From an uncultured Mycoplasma sp. (GTDB lineage Bacteria > Bacillota_I > Bacilli_A > RF39 > UBA660): 64,000 bases of DNA. Below, piece after piece: positions 29,769 through 40,472 of this stretch. The first letter of the stretch is position 1. Each line of letters starts with the position of its first letter. The notes beneath the pieces were generated by a model. The model was not told the DNA's origin. It was given only the letters and a program-made list of their open reading frames with translations, and made no database searches. The stretch spans positions 9,942-73,941 of the forward strand of contig CABUPU010000002.1 in assembly GCA_902493595.1 (NCBI GenBank). The letters run 5' to 3'. The position numbers were made by a program, and so were the translations under genes.

Positions 29769-29865
29769 ACAATCACCTAATAAATTATATGATAAAAAAT
29801 AATATAATGTACTAGAATATATAAAAAAATTATGTTATAATTTTTTTATAGTAGGGAGATTAGTA

Positions 29866-31434
29866 ATGGAAGAAGCAAAGAAAAAAAATAATATTTTAAT
29901 AGATTTTATTACTTCATTTATATATATACCAGTTTATTCACTACTTGGAATTAAATTTATTTTATGGGATATGTGGATAATGCTTTTTAATTATTTTGCT
30001 TGGCAACTTGAAAAAACAGTTAATGGTAAAGCTGATAAAGTTGAAACAAAGGAAGAACAGGAACTTTTATATCAAAAAACTAAGGGTAAAAAGAAGAAAA
30101 AAACAAGAGTATATAATTATAGTAAAAGAACTTTAGCTAGATATGAAAAAATGAAAATTGAGCTTGCTAATGATTTAAGAACAAGTGGTGCCACAAGAAG
30201 TAAAAATCCCAATGTATATCAATTTACAGTTAGAAATGTTGCTGGCGATGGGCAAATTTTTACAGGTACAATGTCAGGTCTTTCAAAACTAGATATTAAT
30301 GCATTTTTGGTTAATAAAGGTTATGAAGTATATGATATAAAAACTAGTAAACTAATCAATTTTTTAAATGCTGATTCCTCATTTTTATCAAGAGAAATGT
30401 CTAAAAAAGATCTTATTTTTTTCTTGACTCAACTTTCAACTTATTTAAAAGCTGGTATTACTTTAAATGAAGGTATGAAAATACTAACAACACAAATGAA
30501 AAAAAATAAAAATAGGCAAAGAGTTTTTGAATCAATATGTTATGAACTTCAGCTTGGAGAAACATTTTCTAATGCTCTTCAGAAACAAGGAACACTATTT
30601 CCAGCACTTCTTATAAACATGATAAAAGCAGCTGAAGCAACTGGAACATTACAAGAAACTTTAGAGGATATGGCTAATTACTATACTGAATTAAATAATT
30701 CGCATAAAGAAATGGTTAGTGCATTAACATATCCGGTAATAATTATGATCTTTGCTATAGCAGTAGTAACATTCATTGTTGTGTATGTTGTTCCACAATT
30801 TTCAATAATCTATGATTCTATGGGCTTAACCATAAGTGGAATGACACTATTTTTAATTAATTTAAGCACTTTTTTAACAAATAATTTAGCTTTAATAATA
30901 ATGCTTATATTAGGGTTAATTTTAGTAAATGTTATAATGTATAAAAAGGTAAAAATGTACCGCGTATTTATTCAAGAAATTACAATGAAATTACCTGTAA
31001 TTAAAAATATTATTATATATAATGAAATAGCTACTTTTGCTAAAACATTTGCTTCACTTTTAAGAAATAATGTATTTATTACAGAAAGTATGGGAATTTT
31101 AAGTAAAATTACTAATAATGAAATCTATAAGGCAATTATGTATAAAACCATTGATAATATTGTTATGGGTGAAAAGATTTCTGATGCGTTTAAGGATCAC
31201 TGGGCAGTACCTGATGTTGCTTATTATATGATAGTTACTGGTGAATCAACAGGACAACTTGCAGATATGATGCAAAAGGTTAGTGATTATTATCAAGTTA
31301 TGCATAAAAATACAGTTAATGCCTTAAAAAGTTTAATTGAACCAGTAATGATTGTCTTTCTAGCTGTTATTGTTGGTGGAATTCTTCTTGCAGTAATTGT
31401 ACCTATGTTTAGTGCATATAATCAAATTTTATAA
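29866..31434 (+). CDS. Type II secretion / type IV pilus platform protein (GspF/PilC/ComGB family).
   Basis: Two T2SSF repeats (LTQLSTYLKAGITLNEGMKIL ... and a second copy) and three TM segments. There is a possible N-terminal extension, so the true start may be internal. Confidence 0.75.
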   Translation: MEEAKKKNNILIDFITSFIYIPVYSLLGIKFILWDMWIMLFNYFAWQLEKTVNGKADKVETKEEQELLYQKTKGKKKKKTRVYNYSKRTLARYEKMKIELANDLRTSGATRSKNPNVYQFTVRNVAGDGQIFTGTMSGLSKLDINAFLVNKGYEVYDIKTSKLINFLNADSSFLSREMSKKDLIFFLTQLSTYLKAGITLNEGMKILTTQMKKNKNRQRVFESICYELQLGETFSNALQKQGTLFPALLINMIKAAEATGTLQETLEDMANYYTELNNSHKEMVSALTYPVIIMIFAIAVVTFIVVYVVPQFSIIYDSMGLTISGMTLFLINLSTFLTNNLALIIMLILGLILVNVIMYKKVKMYRVFIQEITMKLPVIKNIIIYNEIATFAKTFASLLRNNVFITESMGILSKITNNEIYKAIMYKTIDNIVMGEKISDAFKDHWAVPDVAYYMIVTGESTGQLADMMQKVSDYYQVMHKNTVNALKSLIEPVMIVFLAVIVGGILLAVIVPMFSAYNQIL

Positions 31435-31444
31435 GGGGGAAATA

Positions 31445-32191
31445 ATGGTAGTATTATTATTTATAATTGGTGCATGTTTAGGATCTTTTTTCCTTGTTGT
31501 GGGTAAAAGGCTTCCTATAAACGAAGACATAATTTTTTCAAGAAGTAGATGCGATAAGTGTAAGAAAAATCTTAAATGGTATGATTTAATACCGATTTTT
31601 TCTTATGTTTTCTTAAAAGGTAAGTGTAGATATTGCCACGAAAAAATAAGCCCCATTAATTTAATTATAGAATTAAGTATGGGATTACTATTTGCTCTTG
31701 GATATCATTTTATTCCAATTGGCTATAATTTTTATACTTATTTAGTATTATCCAGTTTAATGATGATTATATTTATTTCAGATTTTTCTTATTACATTAT
31801 TCTTGATTCACCTCTTATTATTTCTAGTGTTTTATTATTTATTTTAAAATTTATATATTTTGGATATAAAGAGGCATTTTTTAGCTTAATAAGTGGCATA
31901 TTTTTATTTTTGGTAATGTATTTAATTAAATTAATTGGTGATAAGATTTTTAAAAGAGAGAGCCTTGGTGGTGGAGATATTAAACTTTCCTTTGTTATAG
32001 GCTATGCTTTGGGTTTTAGATTATCTTTAATAGCATTAATATTATCATCATTTTTGGCACTTCCTTATTCTGTTGCTTCATTAAAGTTACAAAAAAATAA
32101 TGAAGTACCTTTTGGACCATTCCTAGTATCTTCATTATTCATTGTTTTTCTTTTTCAAGATAAATTTATTAATATTTTAGAGTTACTTTAA
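31445..32191 (+). CDS. Prepilin peptidase (A24 family).
   Basis: An N-terminal Zn-binding CxxC...CxxC (RCDKCKK...CRYCHEK), a polytopic membrane topology and the catalytic region GGGDIKL. The start is chosen at the ATG after RBS AAGGGGGA. Confidence 0.8.
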   Translation: MVVLLFIIGACLGSFFLVVGKRLPINEDIIFSRSRCDKCKKNLKWYDLIPIFSYVFLKGKCRYCHEKISPINLIIELSMGLLFALGYHFIPIGYNFYTYLVLSSLMMIIFISDFSYYIILDSPLIISSVLLFILKFIYFGYKEAFFSLISGIFLFLVMYLIKLIGDKIFKRESLGGGDIKLSFVIGYALGFRLSLIALILSSFLALPYSVASLKLQKNNEVPFGPFLVSSLFIVFLFQDKFINILELL

Positions 32192-32283
32192 CTAGCTAAA
32201 TATGCAAGAAGACCCGCAACTACAGAACCAACCATTAATATTAATAATGACCAAGCTATAAATTTTTTATCTTTCTTTTTCAT
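32188..32283 (-). CDS. Putative 31-aa hydrophobic peptide (MKKKDKKFIAWSLLILMVGSVVAGLLAYLAS). It is convergent with the prepilin peptidase gene, and the two stop codons overlap.
   Basis: A strong RBS GGAAAGGA sits 6 nt upstream of the ATG (seen on the reverse complement). The peptide has a basic N-terminus and a single TM, which is type I toxin-like. It is below the ORF track length cutoff. Confidence 0.35.
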   Translation of the reverse strand: MKKKDKKFIAWSLLILMVGSVVAGLLAYLAS

Positions 32284-32435
32284 TTTATTTCCTTTCCAAT
32301 AAATCCCATCTTTATATGCTCTTTCAAGCAATTTAATAATATCATATATTTTTATATTTGTAAATTACCCTTTTATTTTTATATATAGTAAGTTAAGTAT
32401 TCAAATAATCAAGAATAAATGTTATTATAATATCG

Positions 32436-32951
32436 TTGGAGAATTATATGGATAAAAATAGTATTATAGATAAAGAAAGTTTTGAAGTTTGGGTGCACGC
32501 TGAGGATCATCCAAAAGTATTTGTTTGTGACAAATTAATAGCACCTGTAGTAGCGCAGTTAAATAAAAAAGGTTATAAAACCATAGCAAGTTGCAGTGGA
32601 CATTATAAAATAGAGTTTTATGAGTATTTTGATGAACCAATAGATAATTTAAAAAATTTTGAGAGAAATAAAAGAGTTATTATTAAAAAAATAAATAATG
32701 ATACTTTTGATTATTGGAAAGAAGTTGATAGTACTTCTATTTATATATTATTTGCTAACAAATATGATTTTCATTGTATCCCATCTGATTTTGTTTTAGA
32801 AAACGATGAAAGAACTTACATTGGCTGTAATATAAGTTTCTATGATGAAAATGGTAGTCATCGAAAAATGAAAGATGTTATGAATGAAATTGAGGATAAA
32901 TGTAATTCATTATATGAGTGGGTTAACACTCTTCCTAATATAAATAATTAA
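32436..32951 (+). CDS. Hypothetical protein (171 aa).
   Basis: ORF only. I recognise no motif. Confidence 0.4.
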   Translation: MENYMDKNSIIDKESFEVWVHAEDHPKVFVCDKLIAPVVAQLNKKGYKTIASCSGHYKIEFYEYFDEPIDNLKNFERNKRVIIKKINNDTFDYWKEVDSTSIYILFANKYDFHCIPSDFVLENDERTYIGCNISFYDENGSHRKMKDVMNEIEDKCNSLYEWVNTLPNINN

Positions 32952-33020
32952 TTAGTGATAGTTTAAAACTATCTTTTTTTTAAATAGTGTGCTAATATAT
33001 TTATTACTTTTGGAGGTTCT

Positions 33021-34714
33021 ATGAATAGTGATTTAAAAATTATAAAGAAAAAATATGGTGAAAATTTTAGTAAATTATGTAGAGAATTATTTCCAAGTAT
33101 TTTAGAAAATGAAGGTGAGTTAGTTTCAATTATTACTTCCTTATTCAAAGAAAGCCATTTTCTTTATGATGATTTAATAACATATGATAGAGTTAAAAGC
33201 TTTCAAAGATTTGTAATGAATAAGTATGATAAAAAATCAAATAGTATAATTAATACAGGAAAATCACCTTATGAACTATTTAAAGAGCAAGGCTATACCT
33301 TAAGAGAATGCCATACTAATGAAGAAATATTATCATATAAAAAGTATTATGCAAAAGGCGAAGAACTTTGTACATTTAATGGTGATAGGCTTAAAACTAA
33401 TAGAGTATTTTTTGCGGTTAAAGATAATGCTTTAGAAATTAAAAGAAAAAGTGAACCACAAAGGGAAGATGAATATGGTACAAGTGTACTTTCACTTCAG
33501 TTTACAATTGACACAAATTATTTATCTATTAAAAATAGATATAATCATACAGTTAATAATCCAGATGCAACATATCAAAATAATTTAGAAAATATAGCTG
33601 AGGGTTTAACATATTCATTTGAAAAATGTTTAGGTATTAAACAAAGTAATGCATATAGTGATTTTGAAATGCCTAATTATGTAAAAACAGATGATGGTAA
33701 ATACTATAGGTATAATTTTGAATGTAATAATATCTATTATTGTGCAGATAATATTATCATAGATTTTTTTAATGAGGTGTCATTTCCTAAAGAAGAATTT
33801 ATTGTATTTGATGGATTTGTTCTTGATTTAGTAAATAAAAAATTAGAAAATTATGATATAAATTGCTATGAAGCTGCTGAGACAGTTTTTAGTAATATTA
33901 AATCTATTAAAATAGAAAAGAATGGTGATACAAAAGGTATATATATTATTTGTGAAGATGATATAAGAGTATATTTTCAGTTAAATAAATATAATCAAAT
34001 AATTAGTGTTGTTATGGACGGTGTAGAAATAATTTCTTCGTGTTTTTTAGAAAATAGTTCGAGTATTAAAAGTTTTTCCTCAAAAGACACAATTAAAATT
34101 GATGATTATTTTTTAACAAAATGTGAAAACTTAGAATATATTTATTTGCCGAAATGTGAAATTATTGGTAATAGTTTTGCTTTTAATGCGAAAAGATTAA
34201 AAAGTATAAATTTACCTAATGTTAAAAAAGTCGGGAATGAATTTTTAACATATAATAAACTTATTGAACAACTTTATATGCCCAACTTAGAAACTATTGG
34301 AAATTATTATTTAAGGGATAATTCTAGCTTAAAAGAAATTAGTTTGCAAAATCCTAAAAAATAGGATTTTACTTTTTAGAAGCTAATAATATTATTGAAA
34401 AAAACTATTTGCCAAATCTTATTAAAGCGGGAAGTAGTTTTTTAAGGGAAAATACTTGTTTAAGAGAGCTTTATGTGCCAATGCTTAAGGATATTGATAA
34501 TAATTTTCTTGAAAATAATCAAGATTTAGAATATTTAAGTTTTCCAGAAGTTGAAACAATTGGAAATAATGTTTTAAGTAAAAATACCAAGTTAAAAAGT
34601 TTTTATATACCAAGAATTCAATTTATTGGAATTAATTTCTTAAAAAATAATCAAGAATTATTGGATAGTTCATGTATATATAGGCAAAGTATGCATAATT
34701 TATTACGAAGTTAA
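33021..34714 (+). pseudogene. BspA-type leucine-rich-repeat (LRR_5) protein gene interrupted by a -1 frameshift at an A6 tract near 34356-34361.
   Basis: Repeated IGNxxFxxNxxLKxIxLP units occur in both ORFs (33021-34364 and 34409-34714). The second frame is open back to 34358 and continues the repeat (KIGFYFLEANNIIEKNYLPNLIKAGSSFL). Confidence 0.6.
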
Positions 34715-34809
34715 AGGTGGAAGATAAATTAATAAAAAACATAATGGTTATTCATTGACTAAATGCAAAAAATATTATATTATTTTAATAGATAGAAAAT
34801 AGAAAAAGG

Positions 34810-35115
34810 GTGAAAAATGTGACAAAAGCATATAGATTTACATACATTTTTTTAGGTATTATGATTACTGTCTTACTAGCTTTTTTAATACTTTGGTGTA
34901 GTAAATCATATACAGTTACATTTGATACTGATGGAGCACAAAGTTATGAAGCTATTTCAGTTAGACCTGCACAAAAAATTGATTTACCTCCATCTCCAGT
35001 AAAAGAGGGTTACACTTTTGAAGGATGGTATTATGATGATAAAAAATTTGATGAAAATACTTTAGTATTTGATAATATAATTTTAAAAGCAAAATGGAAA
35101 AGTATTATGGAATGA
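34810..35115 (+). CDS. Small membrane-anchored protein with a Listeria-Bacteroides (Flg_new) repeat.
   Basis: An N-terminal TM followed by YTVTFDTDGA...EGYTFEGWYYDDKKFDENT. GTG start. Confidence 0.55.
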   Translation: MKNVTKAYRFTYIFLGIMITVLLAFLILWCSKSYTVTFDTDGAQSYEAISVRPAQKIDLPPSPVKEGYTFEGWYYDDKKFDENTLVFDNIILKAKWKSIME

Positions 35116-35123
35116 AAAAATCA

Positions 35124-36482
35124 TTAGTTGAGTTCTAATGATATTTTTTTGATTAAATCTAAATATTTTTGTTTTTCTTTTTCTAAAGTTTCCTCATCTT
35201 TTCTTTCAAATCTTACTGTAAGAACAGGACCGGTATTAGATTGTCTTATTAAAGTAAAACCATCTTCATAATCGATTCTTATACCATCAATATTATTATA
35301 TTTAATATTCTCATTATCAAGGTATTCCTTTAATTTATCGATTATTTTAGATTTATTTTCTTCGGTTACTTCAATTTTAATTTCTGGTGTATGGAAATAT
35401 TTTGGAATACTTTCACTCATCTGGCTAAATGTTAACTCACTTTTAGAAAGCATTTCAATTATTCTTAAAGCGTTATATATTCCATCATCGGTACCAATCC
35501 ATTTATCTTTAAACCATAAGTGTCCTGAAAATTCACCACCAAAGTCTAAGTTCATTTCATTTATTTTTAAATTCATGTAACTATTACCAGTACGGTAAAT
35601 TGTAAGTGGCAAATTAATCTTTTGCATTTCATCAATAACTGCTTTTGAACACTTTACATCCATTATTGCATTTCTATTTTTTAAGTTTGGATTTAAATAT
35701 TTGTAAATGTTTATCATAACATTATCAATTGGAGTAAATACTCCTTTATCATCGACAACACCAACTCTATCTGCATCGCCATCAATTCCAAGTGCTATAT
35801 CAAAATGGTTGTTTATGATTTCCTCTTTAAGCATTTGCATATTTTCTTCGACTGATGGATCTGGATGATGGACAGGGAAGTTACCATCACTTATACCATT
35901 AATTATTTTATAATCAATATCAAATTTTTTAAGTATTCTTTCTAAAATTATACTTCCTGTACCATTTCCTGGATCAAATACAGCTTTTATTTTTTTGCTA
36001 CCTAAATCTATGCTTTCAGTTATTTTATTTATGTAACTTTCAAAATTGTCATTATACTCTTGGTAAAATCCTTGAACATTTCTAAATTTACCAGTAAATA
36101 GGAAATCTCTAAAATCATAAATCTCTTTACCACAGGCATTTCCCTTTATTGAAAAAGAAAATTTAAATCCATTATATTCCTTTGGATTATGTGAGGCAGT
36201 AATCATTATACCATTTTCAACATTAAGTAGCTTTTTATAATAATAGTAAATAGGAGTAGTACATAATCCTAAATCAATTACATGAGCCCCACCTTGTAGA
36301 AGTCCATTTACTAAAGCTGTATTTAACCCTTCAGAGGAAAGTCTATTATCATGACCTATAATTACTTTATTATTTTTAATGTATGATGCAAATGCATGGC
36401 CAAAAGTAAATGCATCATCTTCGTTTAAATCAGTAGGGTATATACCTCTTACATCATATTCTCTAAATATATATTTTTTCAT
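35124..36482 (-). CDS. Phosphohexomutase (phosphoglucomutase/phosphomannomutase/GlmM family).
   Basis: Active-site loop TASHNPKEYNGFKF, metal-binding DGDADR and a sugar-binding GEFSGH. Confidence 0.8.
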   Translation of the reverse strand: MKKYIFREYDVRGIYPTDLNEDDAFTFGHAFASYIKNNKVIIGHDNRLSSEGLNTALVNGLLQGGAHVIDLGLCTTPIYYYYKKLLNVENGIMITASHNPKEYNGFKFSFSIKGNACGKEIYDFRDFLFTGKFRNVQGFYQEYNDNFESYINKITESIDLGSKKIKAVFDPGNGTGSIILERILKKFDIDYKIINGISDGNFPVHHPDPSVEENMQMLKEEIINNHFDIALGIDGDADRVGVVDDKGVFTPIDNVMINIYKYLNPNLKNRNAIMDVKCSKAVIDEMQKINLPLTIYRTGNSYMNLKINEMNLDFGGEFSGHLWFKDKWIGTDDGIYNALRIIEMLSKSELTFSQMSESIPKYFHTPEIKIEVTEENKSKIIDKLKEYLDNENIKYNNIDGIRIDYEDGFTLIRQSNTGPVLTVRFERKDEETLEKEKQKYLDLIKKISLELN

Positions 36483-36982
36483 ATCATCACCATTTAAATT
36501 ATATAATTATTTTCTTTTTTAGTAAATATATTTATAAATTTGCTTTACAGTTTATAATATAATTTTAAAATGTAATGACATCATATTTTCTAAGATAATA
36601 CCTAGCATGAATTTTCCTATATTAATCCAGTACCAATAGTAATATATAAAAAGGCTAGCTAATCTAAATATTATTAAATTTTAATGGCATATATAAAACT
36701 TTAACATTTTATGATGTTGATAATAATGAGTTTGCTATTTATGAGGTATACGATTTAGATTTGGAATGGAGACAATATAAATTTAATGCTGATAGTGATG
36801 AATGAGCATTTGTTATTTTAATGTTTGATGGGCAATCATAGTAACATATTTTGAAGTATAATTGATTTTGTATTTACATTTTTAAAAATATAGTTTGTGT
36901 AAAGACTATATTTTTTCTTTCTTTTTAATTGTAATTAAAGCTTAATTATGGTATCATTTAAAGTAGAGAGTAGGAAGGTTTT

Positions 36983-38158
36983 ATGAAAAGAAAAGGAATG
37001 TTATTTGTAATCGGAGCGCTTTTGATATGTAGTGTATTTTTATTAACAGGTTATATTGTTCATAATAAGAAAGGAAGTAATTCTAAGCCCAATATTTCCC
37101 TTAATAAAAATAATAGTTTTGATTATAAATTTATAAAACAAATTGATAGCAATGATAATATCTTAGTAAGCCCATTATCTATGGCTTATTTATTATCAAT
37201 GATTCAAAGTGGTGCAAAAGGTAATAATTTAAATGAACTTAATATTGCACTTGATAATTATGATTTGAGGCCTTTGGAAAATATAGAGGGAGTAATGTCA
37301 ATGGCTAATAGTATGTGGATTAATAATAGATATAAAAATGATATTAATAGTACATTTGCTACAGCACTTAAAATTAATTATCATAGTGAAGTTTTATACG
37401 ATGAATTTGCAAATGCTGATAATATAAATAAATGGGTTTCAGAAAAAACATATAATATGATTAATGAGTTATTTCCAAGTGATAGTGTAAATCCATATGA
37501 TACAGTTATGGCTTTAGTAAATGCAATTGGTATTAATTTTAAATGGGATGAAGAATTTGATTGTAATAAAACTACAATGGGAAATTTTTTAGATAAAAAT
37601 GTTTATATGATGAGCTCTAACGAAAAATATATAGAAAGTGATTATTATACAGGTTTTATTAAAGACTATGAAAAACTTTCTGATAATTCGCAATATGAAT
37701 TCATTGGACTTCTTCCTAAAAAAGATATTCAAGATATAATTAATAATTTATCTAATGATGTAATAAATAAGTCTATTACAGAAAGTGAAACTTATGTTCA
37801 AATACCTAGGTTTAAGTATAACTATGAAGTAGGTAATTTAAAAAGTAAATTAAATGCTCTTGGTATAAATGATATGTTTATTGATGGTGTAGCCAATTTT
37901 GATGGAATAGCTAAGGATATTTATGTAAGTAAAATTGTTCAAAAAACATATATAGATTTTATGGAAAGTGGTACTAAAGCAGCTGCAGCCTCCGGAGCGA
38001 TATTTGATTCAAATTCAGTTTCAGCAGCAAAATCCGTAATATTCAATAAACCATTTGTGTATTTAATTAGAAAAAAAGGAAGTAACAATATTTATTTTAT
38101 GGGTATTGTAATTAGCCCTATAGAATATGACGAGACAAAAGGTGTTTGTGAAGGGTAG
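36983..38158 (+). CDS. Serpin (serine protease inhibitor) with an N-terminal signal/anchor sequence.
   Basis: An N-terminal serpin motif NILVSPLSMAYLLSMIQSGAKGNNLNELNIAL, a reactive-centre-loop hinge GTKAAAASGA and the C-terminal serpin signature FNKPFVYLIRKKGSNNIYFMGIVISP. Confidence 0.8.
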   Translation: MKRKGMLFVIGALLICSVFLLTGYIVHNKKGSNSKPNISLNKNNSFDYKFIKQIDSNDNILVSPLSMAYLLSMIQSGAKGNNLNELNIALDNYDLRPLENIEGVMSMANSMWINNRYKNDINSTFATALKINYHSEVLYDEFANADNINKWVSEKTYNMINELFPSDSVNPYDTVMALVNAIGINFKWDEEFDCNKTTMGNFLDKNVYMMSSNEKYIESDYYTGFIKDYEKLSDNSQYEFIGLLPKKDIQDIINNLSNDVINKSITESETYVQIPRFKYNYEVGNLKSKLNALGINDMFIDGVANFDGIAKDIYVSKIVQKTYIDFMESGTKAAAASGAIFDSNSVSAAKSVIFNKPFVYLIRKKGSNNIYFMGIVISPIEYDETKGVCEG

Positions 38159-38166
38159 GAAGAGTT

Positions 38167-39915
38167 ATGTTTGGTAAAATACTTTATATAAGTGATAGTA
38201 TGGCATATGTTCAAAATCTTGCGGGAAGTAATGTTCAAGCAGATTTAATGAACATGCATGTAATTTTTGAAAGTAACGGTGAAAGAATTTTAGGAGAAAT
38301 CACTGAAGTTAATAGTAGTGAAATAAAAATTCGTTTCCTCGGAGAATATCAAGGTAATAGATTTTTAAATGGTGTGCTTAGAAAACCTCTTTTATCTTCG
38401 ACTATCAGAATAATTAATGGTGAAGAGTTAATGGCTCTTGTAGGAACATATTCTGAAAATAGTTTTGTATTAGGTCAAAGTGCAATTTATAAAAACTTTA
38501 CAGTATGTCCAAGTATTAATGATTTATTTTCAAATCATTTAGCGATATTTGGTAACACTGGTTCTGGTAAATCTTGTGGTGTATCAAGAATGGTTCAAAA
38601 TATATTCTTAAATAAATTTGCCAAAGTAAAAAATGCAAATATGTTTATTTTTGATGCTTATGGTGAATATAAGAATGCGTTTAGTTCAATTAATACAATT
38701 GATCCAGAGTATAATTATAAGTTTATTACCACTAATCCTAAGGAGACCACTGATGTACCACTTAAAATACCAGTTAATTTATTAAAACTTGATGATTATG
38801 CACTGCTTCTTCAGGCTAGTAAACATACACAACTTCCAATACTTGAAAGAACACTAAAACTATCTAAAATATTTGCTACAGATTCACCTGAATCTAGAAA
38901 ATATAAAAATCATTTAATTGCTAAAGCTTTACTTGCCGTATTATTCTCATCTGAGACCACTGCTCAAAAGAAAAATGAAATATTTACAATTATAGAAACT
39001 TGTCATACACCAGAATTTAATTTTGATACAACTATTCAAGGACTTGGTTATACAAGAAGTTTCTCTGAATGTTTTGAAATTGATTCAAATGGTTATTTTG
39101 GAGAAAGTGTTCTTATTACTGAATATATTTTAAAAAATATTAATGATGAAATTGAAAATCTTTCTCCGGATGAAAATGCTTTTTATTCACTATTAGACTT
39201 TTCAAAAGCACTAGAGTTTACTTTAATTTCTGAGGGTTTCTTACATAATGATACACTTGTGGATGATGCCTCAATATTAAAGGTTAGACTTACTACAATT
39301 CTTCATAGTGAAGTTGGTAATTATTTTGATGGAACTAAACATTATACAAATAATGAATTTATTGATGCTTTAAAATCATTTAATGGTAAAAAAGCTCAAA
39401 TAATTAATATTAATCTCGAGGATGTAGATGACATATACGCTAAAGTTATTGTAAAAATAATGTGTAAATTCTTATTCGATTATTCCAAGTCTTTAGAACA
39501 AAGGGCAAGTATTCCATTTCATTTATTTTTGGAAGAAGCACATAGATATATTCAAAAAGATAATGATACATTCTTACTTGGATATAATATTTTTGATAGA
39601 ATTGCAAAAGAAGGAAGAAAATATGGCGTAATTCTTGATATTATATCTCAAAGACCAGTTGAAATATCTGATACAGTTATTGCACAATGTTCAAATTTCT
39701 TAATCTTTAAAATGACACACCCTCTTGATATTAAATATATTTCAGAAATGCTTCCAAATATTAGTGCAGATATTATTGAAAAACAAAAAACACTTCAACC
39801 AGGAACTTGTGTATCATTTGGTAGTGCCTTTAAAATACCAATGATAGTTAAGATGGAATTACCTAATCCAATGCCTTATTCATCAAACTGTAATGTTTCC
39901 TCTTGCTGGAGATAA
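38167..39915 (+). CDS. HerA-like ATPase (DUF87 / FtsK-HerA superfamily) with an N-terminal HAS-barrel.
   Basis: An N-terminal barrel (ILGEITEV...IKIRFLGE), Walker A GNTGSGKS and Walker B FLEEAHRY. The overall size is ~580 aa. It starts 8 nt after the serpin stop. Confidence 0.7.
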   Translation: MFGKILYISDSMAYVQNLAGSNVQADLMNMHVIFESNGERILGEITEVNSSEIKIRFLGEYQGNRFLNGVLRKPLLSSTIRIINGEELMALVGTYSENSFVLGQSAIYKNFTVCPSINDLFSNHLAIFGNTGSGKSCGVSRMVQNIFLNKFAKVKNANMFIFDAYGEYKNAFSSINTIDPEYNYKFITTNPKETTDVPLKIPVNLLKLDDYALLLQASKHTQLPILERTLKLSKIFATDSPESRKYKNHLIAKALLAVLFSSETTAQKKNEIFTIIETCHTPEFNFDTTIQGLGYTRSFSECFEIDSNGYFGESVLITEYILKNINDEIENLSPDENAFYSLLDFSKALEFTLISEGFLHNDTLVDDASILKVRLTTILHSEVGNYFDGTKHYTNNEFIDALKSFNGKKAQIININLEDVDDIYAKVIVKIMCKFLFDYSKSLEQRASIPFHLFLEEAHRYIQKDNDTFLLGYNIFDRIAKEGRKYGVILDIISQRPVEISDTVIAQCSNFLIFKMTHPLDIKYISEMLPNISADIIEKQKTLQPGTCVSFGSAFKIPMIVKMELPNPMPYSSNCNVSSCWR

Positions 39916-40076
39916 AAAAAGTTAATAGAAAAATTAATGTAAAAGAGCAAGAACTTCCCACATTTAATAGGGTTGGTTTTGTTGCTGCTCAATGGGGAGG
40001 AGTAAGATATTAATCTTACCTCTTTTTATTTTAGTCATTTTTTTATATAATTATAGTATTATTAAATGGAGGATTT

Positions 40077-40472
40077 ATGGATAATAAGAAAGAATATATA
40101 AATAATGAAATTGATACTAAAAAAAGGGAAAAATACTTATTAAAAGTATTTAAGAAGATATCAATCTATGGTTTAGTTATAACATCTATTATACTTGTAG
40201 GTAATGGAGTTGATCATTTAATTGAATCTTATTGTTTAATGGGAGCGGATGGCCTATTTATTATAACAAGTGCATGTAGTTCATATATGCTTAATAATAC
40301 TGAAAAAAAACTTAATGAATTATATGAAAAGAAAATCGAATTAGAAAGTGAAAATAATAATAAAATTGAAACTAATGAAAAAATGAACAAAAATGATTTA
40401 TCATATAATTATGATGAAGATTATACCTTAAATAATGACTTAGGCTTTTCTCGTCGAAGAAGATTGAAATAA
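40077..40472 (+). CDS. Small membrane protein with a coiled-coil tail (hypothetical).
   Basis: One TM (IYGLVITSIILVG) and a C-terminal basic RRRRLK. Confidence 0.4.
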   Translation: MDNKKEYINNEIDTKKREKYLLKVFKKISIYGLVITSIILVGNGVDHLIESYCLMGADGLFIITSACSSYMLNNTEKKLNELYEKKIELESENNNKIETNEKMNKNDLSYNYDEDYTLNNDLGFSRRRRLK

